Shown here piece after piece: positions 27,664-36,293 of a stretch of DNA of 64,000 nucleotides. Origin of the DNA: Candidatus Poribacteria bacterium (GTDB lineage: Bacteria > Poribacteria > WGA-4E > GCA-2687025); contig JAPPNK010000029.1 of NCBI GenBank assembly GCA_028818695.1, positions 7,254 to 71,253 on the forward strand, read 5' to 3'. The notes under the pieces were generated by a model, which was not told the origin of the DNA, searched no databases, and worked only from the letters and a program-made list of their open reading frames with translations. A program made the translations under genes and the position numbers. How positions within the stretch are numbered: the stretch's first letter is position 1; every line of letters begins with the position of its first letter.

Positions 27664-27967
27664 CGGACAGAGCGCCTTAACCAAAAAAGAGAACGGAAAA
27701 GAAGCTCTGCTGCTGGAGATATACGGCAAGGAGGAATGCCCGCTGTGCGACAAGGCGGAGCGGGCGGTCAACGAAACGCTGCGGAAGCTGGACGGGATAC
27801 CGATACGGCTGGTGAAGCATGACATTGAACGGGACGCGGCGCTCTTTGAGCGGTATCAGTGGCTCATTCCCGTTGTGCATCTGAACGGGGAGCAGGCGGC
27901 GCTGTACCGCGTCAACAAGCGCGCCCTGACGAAGCGGATACGGCGCGCATGGAAAAGCGTCCGCTGA
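27638..27967 (+). CDS. Glutaredoxin-like (DUF836-type) small thioredoxin-fold protein
   Basis: LLLEIYGKEECPLCDKAE contains a CxxC motif, followed by ...YQWLIPVVHLNGE. It overlaps the 3' end of the ATPase gene. An alternative GTG start lies at 27656. Confidence 0.65.
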   Translation: MKRRAAVSSGQSALTKKENGKEALLLEIYGKEECPLCDKAERAVNETLRKLDGIPIRLVKHDIERDAALFERYQWLIPVVHLNGEQAALYRVNKRALTKRIRRAWKSVR

Positions 27968-27998
27968 AAAGGCGGAACGCGGCACGAAAGGAAATACA

Positions 27999-28667
27999 AT
28001 GGCTCAGTTTGAATACACGCGCATCGTGGATTTGTCCTATCCGGTGGACGCGGACGCTCCGCGCGAGATGCCGATCGGTCCGCCGAAGTTGTACCATACG
28101 GCGACGATGCAAAAGGACGGCTATTTTGAGTCGCGGATCGATCTGTCGGGGCATTGTTCGACGCATATCGACACGCCGTCGTTGATGTACCGGGACGGTT
28201 ACTCGGCTGAAGGGATCGACGTGGAGCGGCTGGCGGGAGAGGCGGCTCTTGTGGATGTGTCGGGCAGGGCGCTGGGGAGCGTCCTCGACACGGAAGCGTT
28301 TCAGGCGTGGGAGGACGCGGGGGGAGATCTCGGCGGGCGGCGCATCGCGTTTGTGAAGACCGGCATGGAGGCGCATTTTGGGGAGAAGGCGTATAACCAT
28401 AACTGGATCGGCTTGAACGGAGACGGGGCGCAGTGGCTGGTGGACAGGGAGATTCAGCTGGTCGGGATCGATTCGTGCGCCATTGAGAGCGTTTGGGGTC
28501 CGCGGGACAACTTTCCCGCGCACCATACGTTTTTGCGCAACGGAATTCCGATTGTGGAGAATTTGCGCGGCTTGGACGCTCTGCCGGATCGCTTTTTTAC
28601 GGTGGTTTCGCCGATGAAGTTGTCGAATTCGTCAGGATCTCCCGCACGCGTTTTTGCGTTTTTGTGA
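27999..28667 (+). CDS. Cyclase family protein (kynurenine formamidase-like)
   Basis: IVDLSYPV and a GHCSTHIDTPSLM segment (an HxGTHxDxPxH-like metal motif) with a typical length of ~220 aa. Confidence 0.8.
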   Translation: MAQFEYTRIVDLSYPVDADAPREMPIGPPKLYHTATMQKDGYFESRIDLSGHCSTHIDTPSLMYRDGYSAEGIDVERLAGEAALVDVSGRALGSVLDTEAFQAWEDAGGDLGGRRIAFVKTGMEAHFGEKAYNHNWIGLNGDGAQWLVDREIQLVGIDSCAIESVWGPRDNFPAHHTFLRNGIPIVENLRGLDALPDRFFTVVSPMKLSNSSGSPARVFAFL

Positions 28668-28691
28668 GGTTGCCGGAGCGGAATGGCGAAT

Positions 28692-31600
28692 CTAACGAAC
28701 GACTGCCAGCTTTCCGAACCGCCGCTTTCCGTTCCATTCAACCGCAAAAATATAGACGCCGGGGGCGACAGGTTCCGAGCGCGCGTTCCGAAGGCTCCAC
28801 TCCCAAAACGAAACGCCCGGCGCGGGAGAGCCGTCTGCCGCGCGTTGTCCGTCTGCGCCGTAGATGGAAACCTGCGCGCCCGGCGGCAGTCTGTCAAAAC
28901 GAACGCGCGCCGGCCCGCGCGAAACCGACGCTGGATTCGGATAAACGCGCGCGCGGCTCAAATCGGAATAGACAAGCGGCTCCGGCGGAGCGTAATGAAA
29001 CGAAACGGAAGAACGGGACGAGTCTAACGGCATCCCCGCCTGACTGCGCGACAGACGCGGCGTTGACGCGCGAACCGTATAATCGCCCGCTTCCAACGGC
29101 CTGTCGAGCGTCAAGATGAGGCGGCGGGAGCCGAACGAGCTCAACGCGGAGCGCGCCTCCCATAAAACTCCCTCCTGCGACGAAACGGCGTAGCGGCCGC
29201 CTCCGCCCATCGGCTCCGTAAACAGCAGGCGCAAGCGGTCGGCGGCGACCGCCTCTGCCGATTCCAGCCCCGGCTGCCGCGACACGACTGCCGCCGCCCT
29301 GTTTGAACGCGAAAAGCCGGACACTGCCTGATACACATAGGTCGACCCGACCGAGACGCCGCCGTCCAGATACTCGCCGCCGGCGACGCCCGACGCGATG
29401 CGCCGCATCGCCCCGCCGTTGTCCGCCCTGAAGATGTCCGCTTTGTCGTTCGGTTCCGGTTGAATCCATGTCAAGCGCGCCGTCTGTTCATCGATCGGCT
29501 CCGCTTTGAGAAAAAACGGCGCGTCGGCGCGCATCGGGTCTGGCTCCGGCAGCGTCATGCGCAGCCCTGCGCTTGTGTCAAAAACAAGCGTCGACTCCGC
29601 GCCGAAATCTTCCAAAAACACGGGAGACGCGCCCAGCCGAATCGGCGACGACCAGACCAGCGCGCCCTCTTTTAAGACATACGCCCATCCGCCCGCCGCA
29701 ACCGCCACCTCTCCCGACGGCGACGCCGTCAAACGGGATTCGGTCCTGTTGCCCGCCGCCCAGAGCGGTTCAAACGACTCATCCTGCGCAAAAGCGCCGT
29801 TCCGCCAGCGGTATAAAACGACCGCGGCGAGCGGTCCCATCCGTTCATCCTCGCCCAGGATGACCGCCCCGTCCTGCCCCGCTGTCGCCGCCGCCCAAAC
29901 GCGCGTGAACGGAAGCCGCTGCGTCTGCGCCTGGCGCAGCTGTCCGCCTTCATACTCAAAACTGACAAGATCGCCGTCCAGATCGGCGACCGTCAAGCGG
30001 GGCGCGCCGTCCGCCTCCAGCGCGATAAGCCCGCGCGCGATCCAGTTCTCCCCCTCCGTCTCAATGCGAAGAATCGATGTGAACGCAAAATCGTTCCCCG
30101 CCGGCGCCGCGACCGCAATCTCCGATGAGCCGCGCCTTGCGGCGATCTCCGGGCGTCCGTCCCCGTCCAGGTCCACATAACGCGCCCCGTAGACGTTGTC
30201 TCCAACCTCGCGCCGGACGGACGGAAACGCCCCCTTCTCCGCCGCTTCATACGCAACGAGCGCGCCTTCCTCCAAACCGACGACCTCCAAAAGCCCGTCC
30301 CCGTCCGCGTCGCCGATGTCCAACGGCGTGAACGCGGTTGGAAATTGATGCGCAGAACGCAAGCCGAGTATCTCGTTCAGCTCATAAATCTGCGTCATCC
30401 GAAGGCCGCCGGGGGCGCCGCCGACAATCTCCGGGACGCCGTTGCCGTTGAAGTCGACGACGCGGCGCGCGATGTCGAGCGACGGAAGCCGTCTTGTGAA
30501 TCGATCCGTTCTGCTGTACGGATTTGGAACATGCGGCGACAGGTTTGCCGCGCCCGACCGTTTCAGCTCCAGACCTGCCAGGTTGCGGGCGCGGAACGTG
30601 TAAGAAACGGTTCCCTCCGCCTCCACCGACGAAAGAAGCTGACGGGTTGGAGCCGCGTTTCGCAGCGCCGGCCCCCCTTCAAATGCATACTCAATGAACG
30701 ACTCGTCGTCCAGAACGCACCAAGCGATGCGCCTCAACAGCCCGCCCGACAGCGCCGACGCAAAGAGCGGCTCTTCCGCCCCGTCCCTGATAAAAGGAGA
30801 ACTTTGCAGGCGCGGCGGCGTCCTATCGACAACAATGAGGCGGTGGTCGCGCGCGGTTCGCCCCTCTGCGTCCATAGCCTCTAGACGCAGCAGATACTCG
30901 CCTTCCGGCAGGTTGGAGGTTGACCAGAGATGCTCAACGCGCCTGTCTCCGCCCCGTTTTTCGATCAGCTGTTCAAAAACTTCAGGCGCTCGTCCGCTTC
31001 CATACAGAAGGCGCCAGCCTGCGTATCTCGGTCCGCCCGTCCATCCTGTCACGCGCAGCGACTCGGCGGCTCCGGGCGGCGTACGCGGGTCGATCTCGGC
31101 GACAAGCGACTCGCTGGCAAGCAGCGCCTGATACACATTCAGCTTTCGGACGCCTAGAAGCGCCCGCTCCTCAACGAGCGCGTCCGCGGACGCTTTCAAA
31201 ATCGACGCGATTTCGGCGGCGCGCAGCGCGGGGCGCTTCGCCTTCATCAACGCCGCCGCGCCGGACACATGCGCCGCCGACATGGAGGTGCCGCTCAAAC
31301 GGCGCAGCCCCTCGTTCAGATGCAGGCTAACAATGTTGGAGCCGGGAGCCGCCAGATCCGCCGCCGCATAGCCGCTTGTGAACGACGCGGCGGAGCCTTC
31401 AATGTCCGAAGCGGCGACCGCAAATGTTTCAGGAAATGCGGCGGGGTAACGTATGCCTAAATCGCCCCTGTTTCCGACAGCGGCGGACATGAAAACATCC
31501 AGCGAATGCGCGTAACGTATCGCGTCCAGCAGCACAAATGAGCTGCCTTCGCTTCCCCAGCTCATATTGATGATGTCCGCGCCGTTCTCGGCGGCATAGA

Positions 31601-32471
31601 CGATCGCCTCAGCCGAATCGTCCGACTGCAGGCCGACGCCGGAAACCGCCCCGGCAAAACCCGACCGCAGCGCCATCAACTTACAGCGCCATGCGACGCC
31701 GGCAATGTGCTTCCCGTTGTCCGGACGCGCGAGAACGATCCCCGACACATGCGTACCATGCCCCGTCTCGTCCTGCGGCTCCGGGTCGGGGTTTTGAAAA
31801 TCGCCCCTTGCCAAGACCGTCGGCGCGTGCGTGAAATCCCACCCGACGATGTCGTCCACATACCCGTTTCTGTCGTCGTCCAGCCCGTTTCCATCGATCT
31901 CATCGGCGTTTGTCCAAAACTGCCCCTGAAGATCGGGATGCTTCAAATCCGAGCCTGAATCGATGACGGCGACGACAACGGAACTCTCCCCCTTCTCAAC
32001 GCTCCACGCCCTTGGCATCTGTATGTCGCGCAGGTTCCACAGGTTTTCCCACTCCGGGTCGTTCGGGATCGTCTCATCCTCGCAGGGCCGCAGTATCCAG
32101 TTCGGTTCCACCCAGACCGTCCATGTCTGCCTTTCATAATACTGCCGCGCTTGGTCAAGATCAACGCTCTTTTTTGTCGGTTTAAATCGGAGCCGCCAGG
32201 TGCGCTCAAGCCGTTTTCGAAGCGAGGCGCTGCGCCGCGGAAGATTTCTGCTTTTATTTGAATTGAAAGGCAACAGCCGCTCCGCCGACTCGATCGTCCA
32301 TCCAGGCGGCGAGTGCGAAGCGGGGTTGCGGTCGTCCGCCGTCTGTATCAGAAGCTCCCAAGGCGCCGACTCTTGGAGCGAAACGGAGGCGGCGTATGCG
32401 GACGCCGTTAAAAAAAACGCCAACAGAGCCGCCGCGCAGCTTTTCACCACCAGCCGATCAGCTTCCACCAT
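28692..32471 (-). CDS. Secreted subtilisin-like S8 serine peptidase with FG-GAP/VCBS repeats and T9SS/FlgD-Ig-like C-terminal tail
   Basis: Catalytic triad motifs VAVIDSGSD, HGTHVSGI and SGTSMSAAHVSGAAAL. FG-GAP-like DFNGNGVPEIV, DADGDGLLEVV and DLDGDGRPEIA. The C-terminus reads RVYPNPAS...VYIFAVEW...LAVVR. The start is either ATG 32471 or GTG 32447, the latter in a GTGA overlap with the stop of the upstream transporter gene. Confidence 0.85.
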   Translation of the reverse strand: MVEADRLVVKSCAAALLAFFLTASAYAASVSLQESAPWELLIQTADDRNPASHSPPGWTIESAERLLPFNSNKSRNLPRRSASLRKRLERTWRLRFKPTKKSVDLDQARQYYERQTWTVWVEPNWILRPCEDETIPNDPEWENLWNLRDIQMPRAWSVEKGESSVVVAVIDSGSDLKHPDLQGQFWTNADEIDGNGLDDDRNGYVDDIVGWDFTHAPTVLARGDFQNPDPEPQDETGHGTHVSGIVLARPDNGKHIAGVAWRCKLMALRSGFAGAVSGVGLQSDDSAEAIVYAAENGADIINMSWGSEGSSFVLLDAIRYAHSLDVFMSAAVGNRGDLGIRYPAAFPETFAVAASDIEGSAASFTSGYAAADLAAPGSNIVSLHLNEGLRRLSGTSMSAAHVSGAAALMKAKRPALRAAEIASILKASADALVEERALLGVRKLNVYQALLASESLVAEIDPRTPPGAAESLRVTGWTGGPRYAGWRLLYGSGRAPEVFEQLIEKRGGDRRVEHLWSTSNLPEGEYLLRLEAMDAEGRTARDHRLIVVDRTPPRLQSSPFIRDGAEEPLFASALSGGLLRRIAWCVLDDESFIEYAFEGGPALRNAAPTRQLLSSVEAEGTVSYTFRARNLAGLELKRSGAANLSPHVPNPYSRTDRFTRRLPSLDIARRVVDFNGNGVPEIVGGAPGGLRMTQIYELNEILGLRSAHQFPTAFTPLDIGDADGDGLLEVVGLEEGALVAYEAAEKGAFPSVRREVGDNVYGARYVDLDGDGRPEIAARRGSSEIAVAAPAGNDFAFTSILRIETEGENWIARGLIALEADGAPRLTVADLDGDLVSFEYEGGQLRQAQTQRLPFTRVWAAATAGQDGAVILGEDERMGPLAAVVLYRWRNGAFAQDESFEPLWAAGNRTESRLTASPSGEVAVAAGGWAYVLKEGALVWSSPIRLGASPVFLEDFGAESTLVFDTSAGLRMTLPEPDPMRADAPFFLKAEPIDEQTARLTWIQPEPNDKADIFRADNGGAMRRIASGVAGGEYLDGGVSVGSTYVYQAVSGFSRSNRAAAVVSRQPGLESAEAVAADRLRLLFTEPMGGGGRYAVSSQEGVLWEARSALSSFGSRRLILTLDRPLEAGDYTVRASTPRLSRSQAGMPLDSSRSSVSFHYAPPEPLVYSDLSRARVYPNPASVSRGPARVRFDRLPPGAQVSIYGADGQRAADGSPAPGVSFWEWSLRNARSEPVAPGVYIFAVEWNGKRRFGKLAVVR

Positions 32472-33874
32472 AAACCTCCAACGCCGAGCCAGACCGCCAT
32501 ATGCATGAGCGAGACGGCGAAGCCTGTTTTGAACCAGCGTGGAGCCGGCACATATCTGAAGCTGAAATAGATCACGAACGGGCCGGTGGAGTAGTTGGTC
32601 AGGCAGCCGCACAGGTTAGAGAAGTAGGCGATGAGCGCGACGGACGCCATCGCAGGGGCGCCGGCGCCTGCCGCCGCCGAAAGGAAAACGCCCGCCAGCG
32701 CCATGATATGCCCCGTCAACATCGAGAAGCCGTACATCGAGTAAAAATAGACGACCGCCAAGACGACAATCGCCGCCGTTGCGCCGAAACCGGACGCCCA
32801 TCCGCCGACCTGATCGCCGAACCAGCTCGCGACGCCTTTTTCGCGCAGCAGGGTCGCCATCGACAGCAGCCCGCCGAGCCATACCACCGCGTCCCATGCC
32901 GAGCTGTTCTTGATGACGGCGCTCCAATCTTCAAAGCCCGTCAACAGAAGCGCCGCGACGCCGAGCCATGCGACCTCCGTTGAACCCAGCCCATGCAGGT
33001 ATTTATGCGTCGCCCATAGAAAAATCATTCCCGCGAAAATGACGCCGATTCCGATCTCCCGCCGCGACCAGGGACCCATCTCTTCCAGCTGGAGGCGGGC
33101 GGCTTTTTGGGCGGGGCGCGTGTCCTCAACCGTCGGCTTTGTGAGCCAGCGTATGAACCATGGCAAAATCCCAAGCCCGAACAGACCTGGCATCAACGCC
33201 CCCCATGCCCATGTCGCCCATGTGAATTCGACGTTCAAAACATCCTTTGCCGCGTCTTGAACGAGAGGGTTCGCCGCCATGCCGGTTAGAAACATCGCGG
33301 CGGCGATCAGGTTTGCGTGGGCGCCGAGCTGGATCAGATACTGCCCCGCCCGCTCCGAATTTTTGTCAGGATGCGAGTCCAGCGCCTCCGCGAGAGAGCG
33401 CACAATCGGCGACAGGACGCCGCCGCCCCGCGCCGTGTTGGAGGGTATCGCCGGACCGAGAATCAGTTCCGCGCCGCAGACCGCATACCCAAGTCCGATC
33501 ATGGAGCCGCCCCACTTGTCGACGAGCGTCAGCGCGATGCGTTTGCCTAAGCCCGATGTGACGACCGCGTTCGCAAACAGAAACGCCGCCGCGACGAGCC
33601 AGACGACCGAGTCGCCGTACCCGGCGAGCGCTTCCTTTTTGTCTACCGTTTGCGTCGTCATCAGCGCGGCGAGGCCGAAAACGACCGCCGCTCCCATCGG
33701 AAACGGGCGCAGTATGAGCGCCGCGATGACGCCCGCGAAGACGCCGAGTATGCGCCACGCCTGCGTTTCAAGCCCCATCGGCGTCGGCATGAACCAGATC
33801 AAAAGCGTCAACAAGACGCAAGCCGCCAGCCCCGCCCATCGTCTCGATTGTTCGTTCACAGCCTCTCCCGCCAT
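32444..33874 (-). CDS. DASS-family anion:sodium symporter / anion permease
   Basis: Multi-TM protein with the hairpin motif PSNTARGGGVLSPI, characteristic of the SLC13/DASS family. I set the start at ATG 33874, which follows AGAGG. Confidence 0.85.
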   Translation of the reverse strand: MAGEAVNEQSRRWAGLAACVLLTLLIWFMPTPMGLETQAWRILGVFAGVIAALILRPFPMGAAVVFGLAALMTTQTVDKKEALAGYGDSVVWLVAAAFLFANAVVTSGLGKRIALTLVDKWGGSMIGLGYAVCGAELILGPAIPSNTARGGGVLSPIVRSLAEALDSHPDKNSERAGQYLIQLGAHANLIAAAMFLTGMAANPLVQDAAKDVLNVEFTWATWAWGALMPGLFGLGILPWFIRWLTKPTVEDTRPAQKAARLQLEEMGPWSRREIGIGVIFAGMIFLWATHKYLHGLGSTEVAWLGVAALLLTGFEDWSAVIKNSSAWDAVVWLGGLLSMATLLREKGVASWFGDQVGGWASGFGATAAIVVLAVVYFYSMYGFSMLTGHIMALAGVFLSAAAGAGAPAMASVALIAYFSNLCGCLTNYSTGPFVIYFSFRYVPAPRWFKTGFAVSLMHMAVWLGVGGLWWKLIGWW

Positions 33875-34034
33875 CGCCTCTGTTGAGGGAGAGTATCGCA
33901 CACTTCCGCGCGCTTGACAAACAACCTGGCGAGCCGCATAATGAACATACCAATCGCGGATCATGGACGCCAAGCAGCAGCGGATGGTTTTTAATTTGCG
34001 GGAGAATTAAGATGCCGATAAGGGCGTCGGGCAA

Positions 34035-35240
34035 ATGAACAACCCTAGACGATTTCCGCCTGTTCCATTCAATCCGGAGGTGTTGCGTTGGGCGCGCGAA
34101 AGCCTAAACCTCTCGTTGGAGGAAGTGGCGCGGCGCATGAAAAAGACTGCCAACGATGTCGAGGCTTGGGAACGCGGGGAGGCGTCCCCTACATATGTTC
34201 AACTTGAGAAGTTGGCGTATAAAATTTACAAGCGTCCGCTCGCGCTCTTTTTCTTTCCTGAGGTACCAGATGAGGAGCCGATTCAGCAGTCGTTCAGAAC
34301 CTTGCCGGAGGCGGAGCTGAAGCGTCTGTCGCCAAGAATGATTGAACTCATGCGGAAGGCGAAAACGCTGCAGATGAATCTTTCGGAGCTCTACAAAGGG
34401 AGGAATCCGTCCGCGCGTCCTATTTGGCGGAGTCTTCGTTTCGGGCGTTCAGACAATCCAGACGACAGGGCAAAAGCGGCGCGAAACGATCTTGGAATTG
34501 ATCTCTCCGAGCAGCAGAGCTGGATGGATAACGACATTGCGCTCAAGCGCTGGAGACGGTCGCTAGAAGAGCGCGGCGTCTTCGTATTCAAAGATTCGTT
34601 CAGATCTCCTGGCAGGAAGTTGGGGGAAGACGCTGAAAGCGGCGAGAGCGTTTTTTCGGGCTTCTGCCTGCACGACGATGAGTTTCCGGTCATCTACGTC
34701 AACAACAACGATGCCAAAACGCGGCAGATATTCACGCTCTTTCATGAGCTGGCGCATCTGTTGATGGGCGTCAACGGGGTACTTCCCGACTACGGCAACA
34801 AGATCGCCTATTCAAACAACGCCGAATGGATTGAGCCGTTGTGCAACCGCTTTGCCGCTGAGTTTCTTGTCCCGGCGCAAGACTTTAAAGCGCGCTCCGA
34901 GGGGCATGCTGTCAATAAAGACAAGGTAGAGAAATGGGCTGCGTTATACAGCGTCAGCCGCGAGACGATCCTGCGCCGCTTACTTGATTGGGGTCGCGTA
35001 AGCCCGCAAGATTACGCTCAACAATCGCGGATATGGATAAATCAAAAGAAAAAAAGCGGGAAAGGCGGCTCATATTATAACAATATCATTGCATATCTAG
35101 GAGAGCGGTATATTGAGACCGTTTTCGATCGGTATGATGACGGGGCTATTTCTATGGAAGAAACCGCAGATTATTTGAATCTGAAGGCGTCCCAAATTGT
35201 TGCATTAGAAGAAAAGATAGCGGACAGAAGCAGAGGCTAG
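34035..35240 (+). CDS. XRE-type HTH fused to ImmA/IrrE (COG2856, DUF955) zinc metallopeptidase
   Basis: The N-terminal HTH is LNLSLEEVARRMKKTANDVEAWERGEASPTYVQLEKLA. An HExxH motif lies within FTLFHELAHLLMG. The gene is AT-richer than its flanks. Confidence 0.85.
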   Translation: MNNPRRFPPVPFNPEVLRWARESLNLSLEEVARRMKKTANDVEAWERGEASPTYVQLEKLAYKIYKRPLALFFFPEVPDEEPIQQSFRTLPEAELKRLSPRMIELMRKAKTLQMNLSELYKGRNPSARPIWRSLRFGRSDNPDDRAKAARNDLGIDLSEQQSWMDNDIALKRWRRSLEERGVFVFKDSFRSPGRKLGEDAESGESVFSGFCLHDDEFPVIYVNNNDAKTRQIFTLFHELAHLLMGVNGVLPDYGNKIAYSNNAEWIEPLCNRFAAEFLVPAQDFKARSEGHAVNKDKVEKWAALYSVSRETILRRLLDWGRVSPQDYAQQSRIWINQKKKSGKGGSYYNNIIAYLGERYIETVFDRYDDGAISMEETADYLNLKASQIVALEEKIADRSRG

Positions 35241-35242
35241 AC

Positions 35243-35731
35243 TTGACCGTTTATGTTTTTGATACCGGCCTGTTCATTACCTTCTTCAGTTACTATTATC
35301 CAAACATATTCCCTTCTCTCTGGGAACGCTTTAATGAAACGTTAGCGAGAGGCCGCATAACCTCGACGCGCGAGGTGTTCAACGAGCTGGGAAGACATGG
35401 CGATTCCGATATGGACTGGTGTCGAGAGCATAAGGAACTATTTCCAACGCCAACCGTTAGCGAGGGCGCATTCGTCAGTGAAATTTTCAAAGTTTCGCGT
35501 TTTAAGGAGATGGTGACCAAAAAGAATGTCATTGACGGCAGACCAATCGCAGATCCATTCGTCATTGCGCGGGCAAAACATCTCTCTGACAGAGGAATAT
35601 CTTCTTGCGTCGTTACAACTGAAAAGAAAAGGACGCCGACCGGGTCTAAAATTCCGAATGTATGCGAACATTTCGGTATAGACTGCGTAAACCCAGAAGG
35701 CTTTATGGAGCGCGAAAACTGGCGTTTCTGA
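35243..35731 (+). CDS. DUF4411-family PIN-like putative nuclease
   Basis: A TTG start lies 2 nt after the ImmA stop and follows GCAGAGG. YVFDTG..., FPSLWERF, STREVFNEL, IADPFVIARA, VVTTEKK and KIPNVCEHFGI match my recollection of the DUF4411 pattern, including conserved acidic residues of a PIN-like fold. Confidence 0.75.
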   Translation: MTVYVFDTGLFITFFSYYYPNIFPSLWERFNETLARGRITSTREVFNELGRHGDSDMDWCREHKELFPTPTVSEGAFVSEIFKVSRFKEMVTKKNVIDGRPIADPFVIARAKHLSDRGISSCVVTTEKKRTPTGSKIPNVCEHFGIDCVNPEGFMERENWRF

Positions 35732-35733
35732 GG

Positions 35734-36252
35734 CTAAGCCTTCTCCAAAAAAACCGAATCCTCATGTATCGTCGCCTTAAAGTTCAGCAGCGGCCGATTT
35801 GCAGGTCCGACGATCACCTGTCCGTCCAATCCAAACTGCGACCCGTGGCAGGGGCATTCTAGCCGTTCTCGGTTCGCGTTGTAGGCGCTGACGCACTGCG
35901 CGTGGGTGCAGAGCGCCGTGTTCGCCGCGACCTCCTCCTCCGAGACGCGCGCGAGAAGGATCGTCTCGTTGCCGCGCCCGTTGTTGTCGGTTCCGAGCTC
36001 CATGAGAACGGCGGCGTCCTTCACCTCCTGCGTCCCTCCGACCTGTTTCAGCTGCGCCGACATCTTCACCTCAACGCCTGGGGGCGTCTCGCCGGTTGTC
36101 GGGGGGTCGGGGTCTATCGGAGGCGGTGTAGGCGTCGGGTCGGGGTCTGTCGGCGAGGCGCCGTCTCCGCATCCAACCCAGCCCAAGATCGCCAAGACCG
36201 CTCCGCTCTGAAGAAACCGCCGCCGCGTCGTCTCGTTTCTGTTTTCGCTCAT
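35734..36252 (-). CDS. Tat-exported Rieske [2Fe-2S] domain protein
   Basis: Twin-arginine signal TRRRFLQSGAVLAILG. Rieske boxes CTHAQC and CPCHGSQF. I set the start at ATG 36252, which follows AGGAG. Confidence 0.8.
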   Translation of the reverse strand: MSENRNETTRRRFLQSGAVLAILGWVGCGDGASPTDPDPTPTPPPIDPDPPTTGETPPGVEVKMSAQLKQVGGTQEVKDAAVLMELGTDNNGRGNETILLARVSEEEVAANTALCTHAQCVSAYNANRERLECPCHGSQFGLDGQVIVGPANRPLLNFKATIHEDSVFLEKA

Positions 36253-36293
36253 GTACTTGTTTCCGCTCCTGTCTTTCTGATCTTTCAAAAGGT

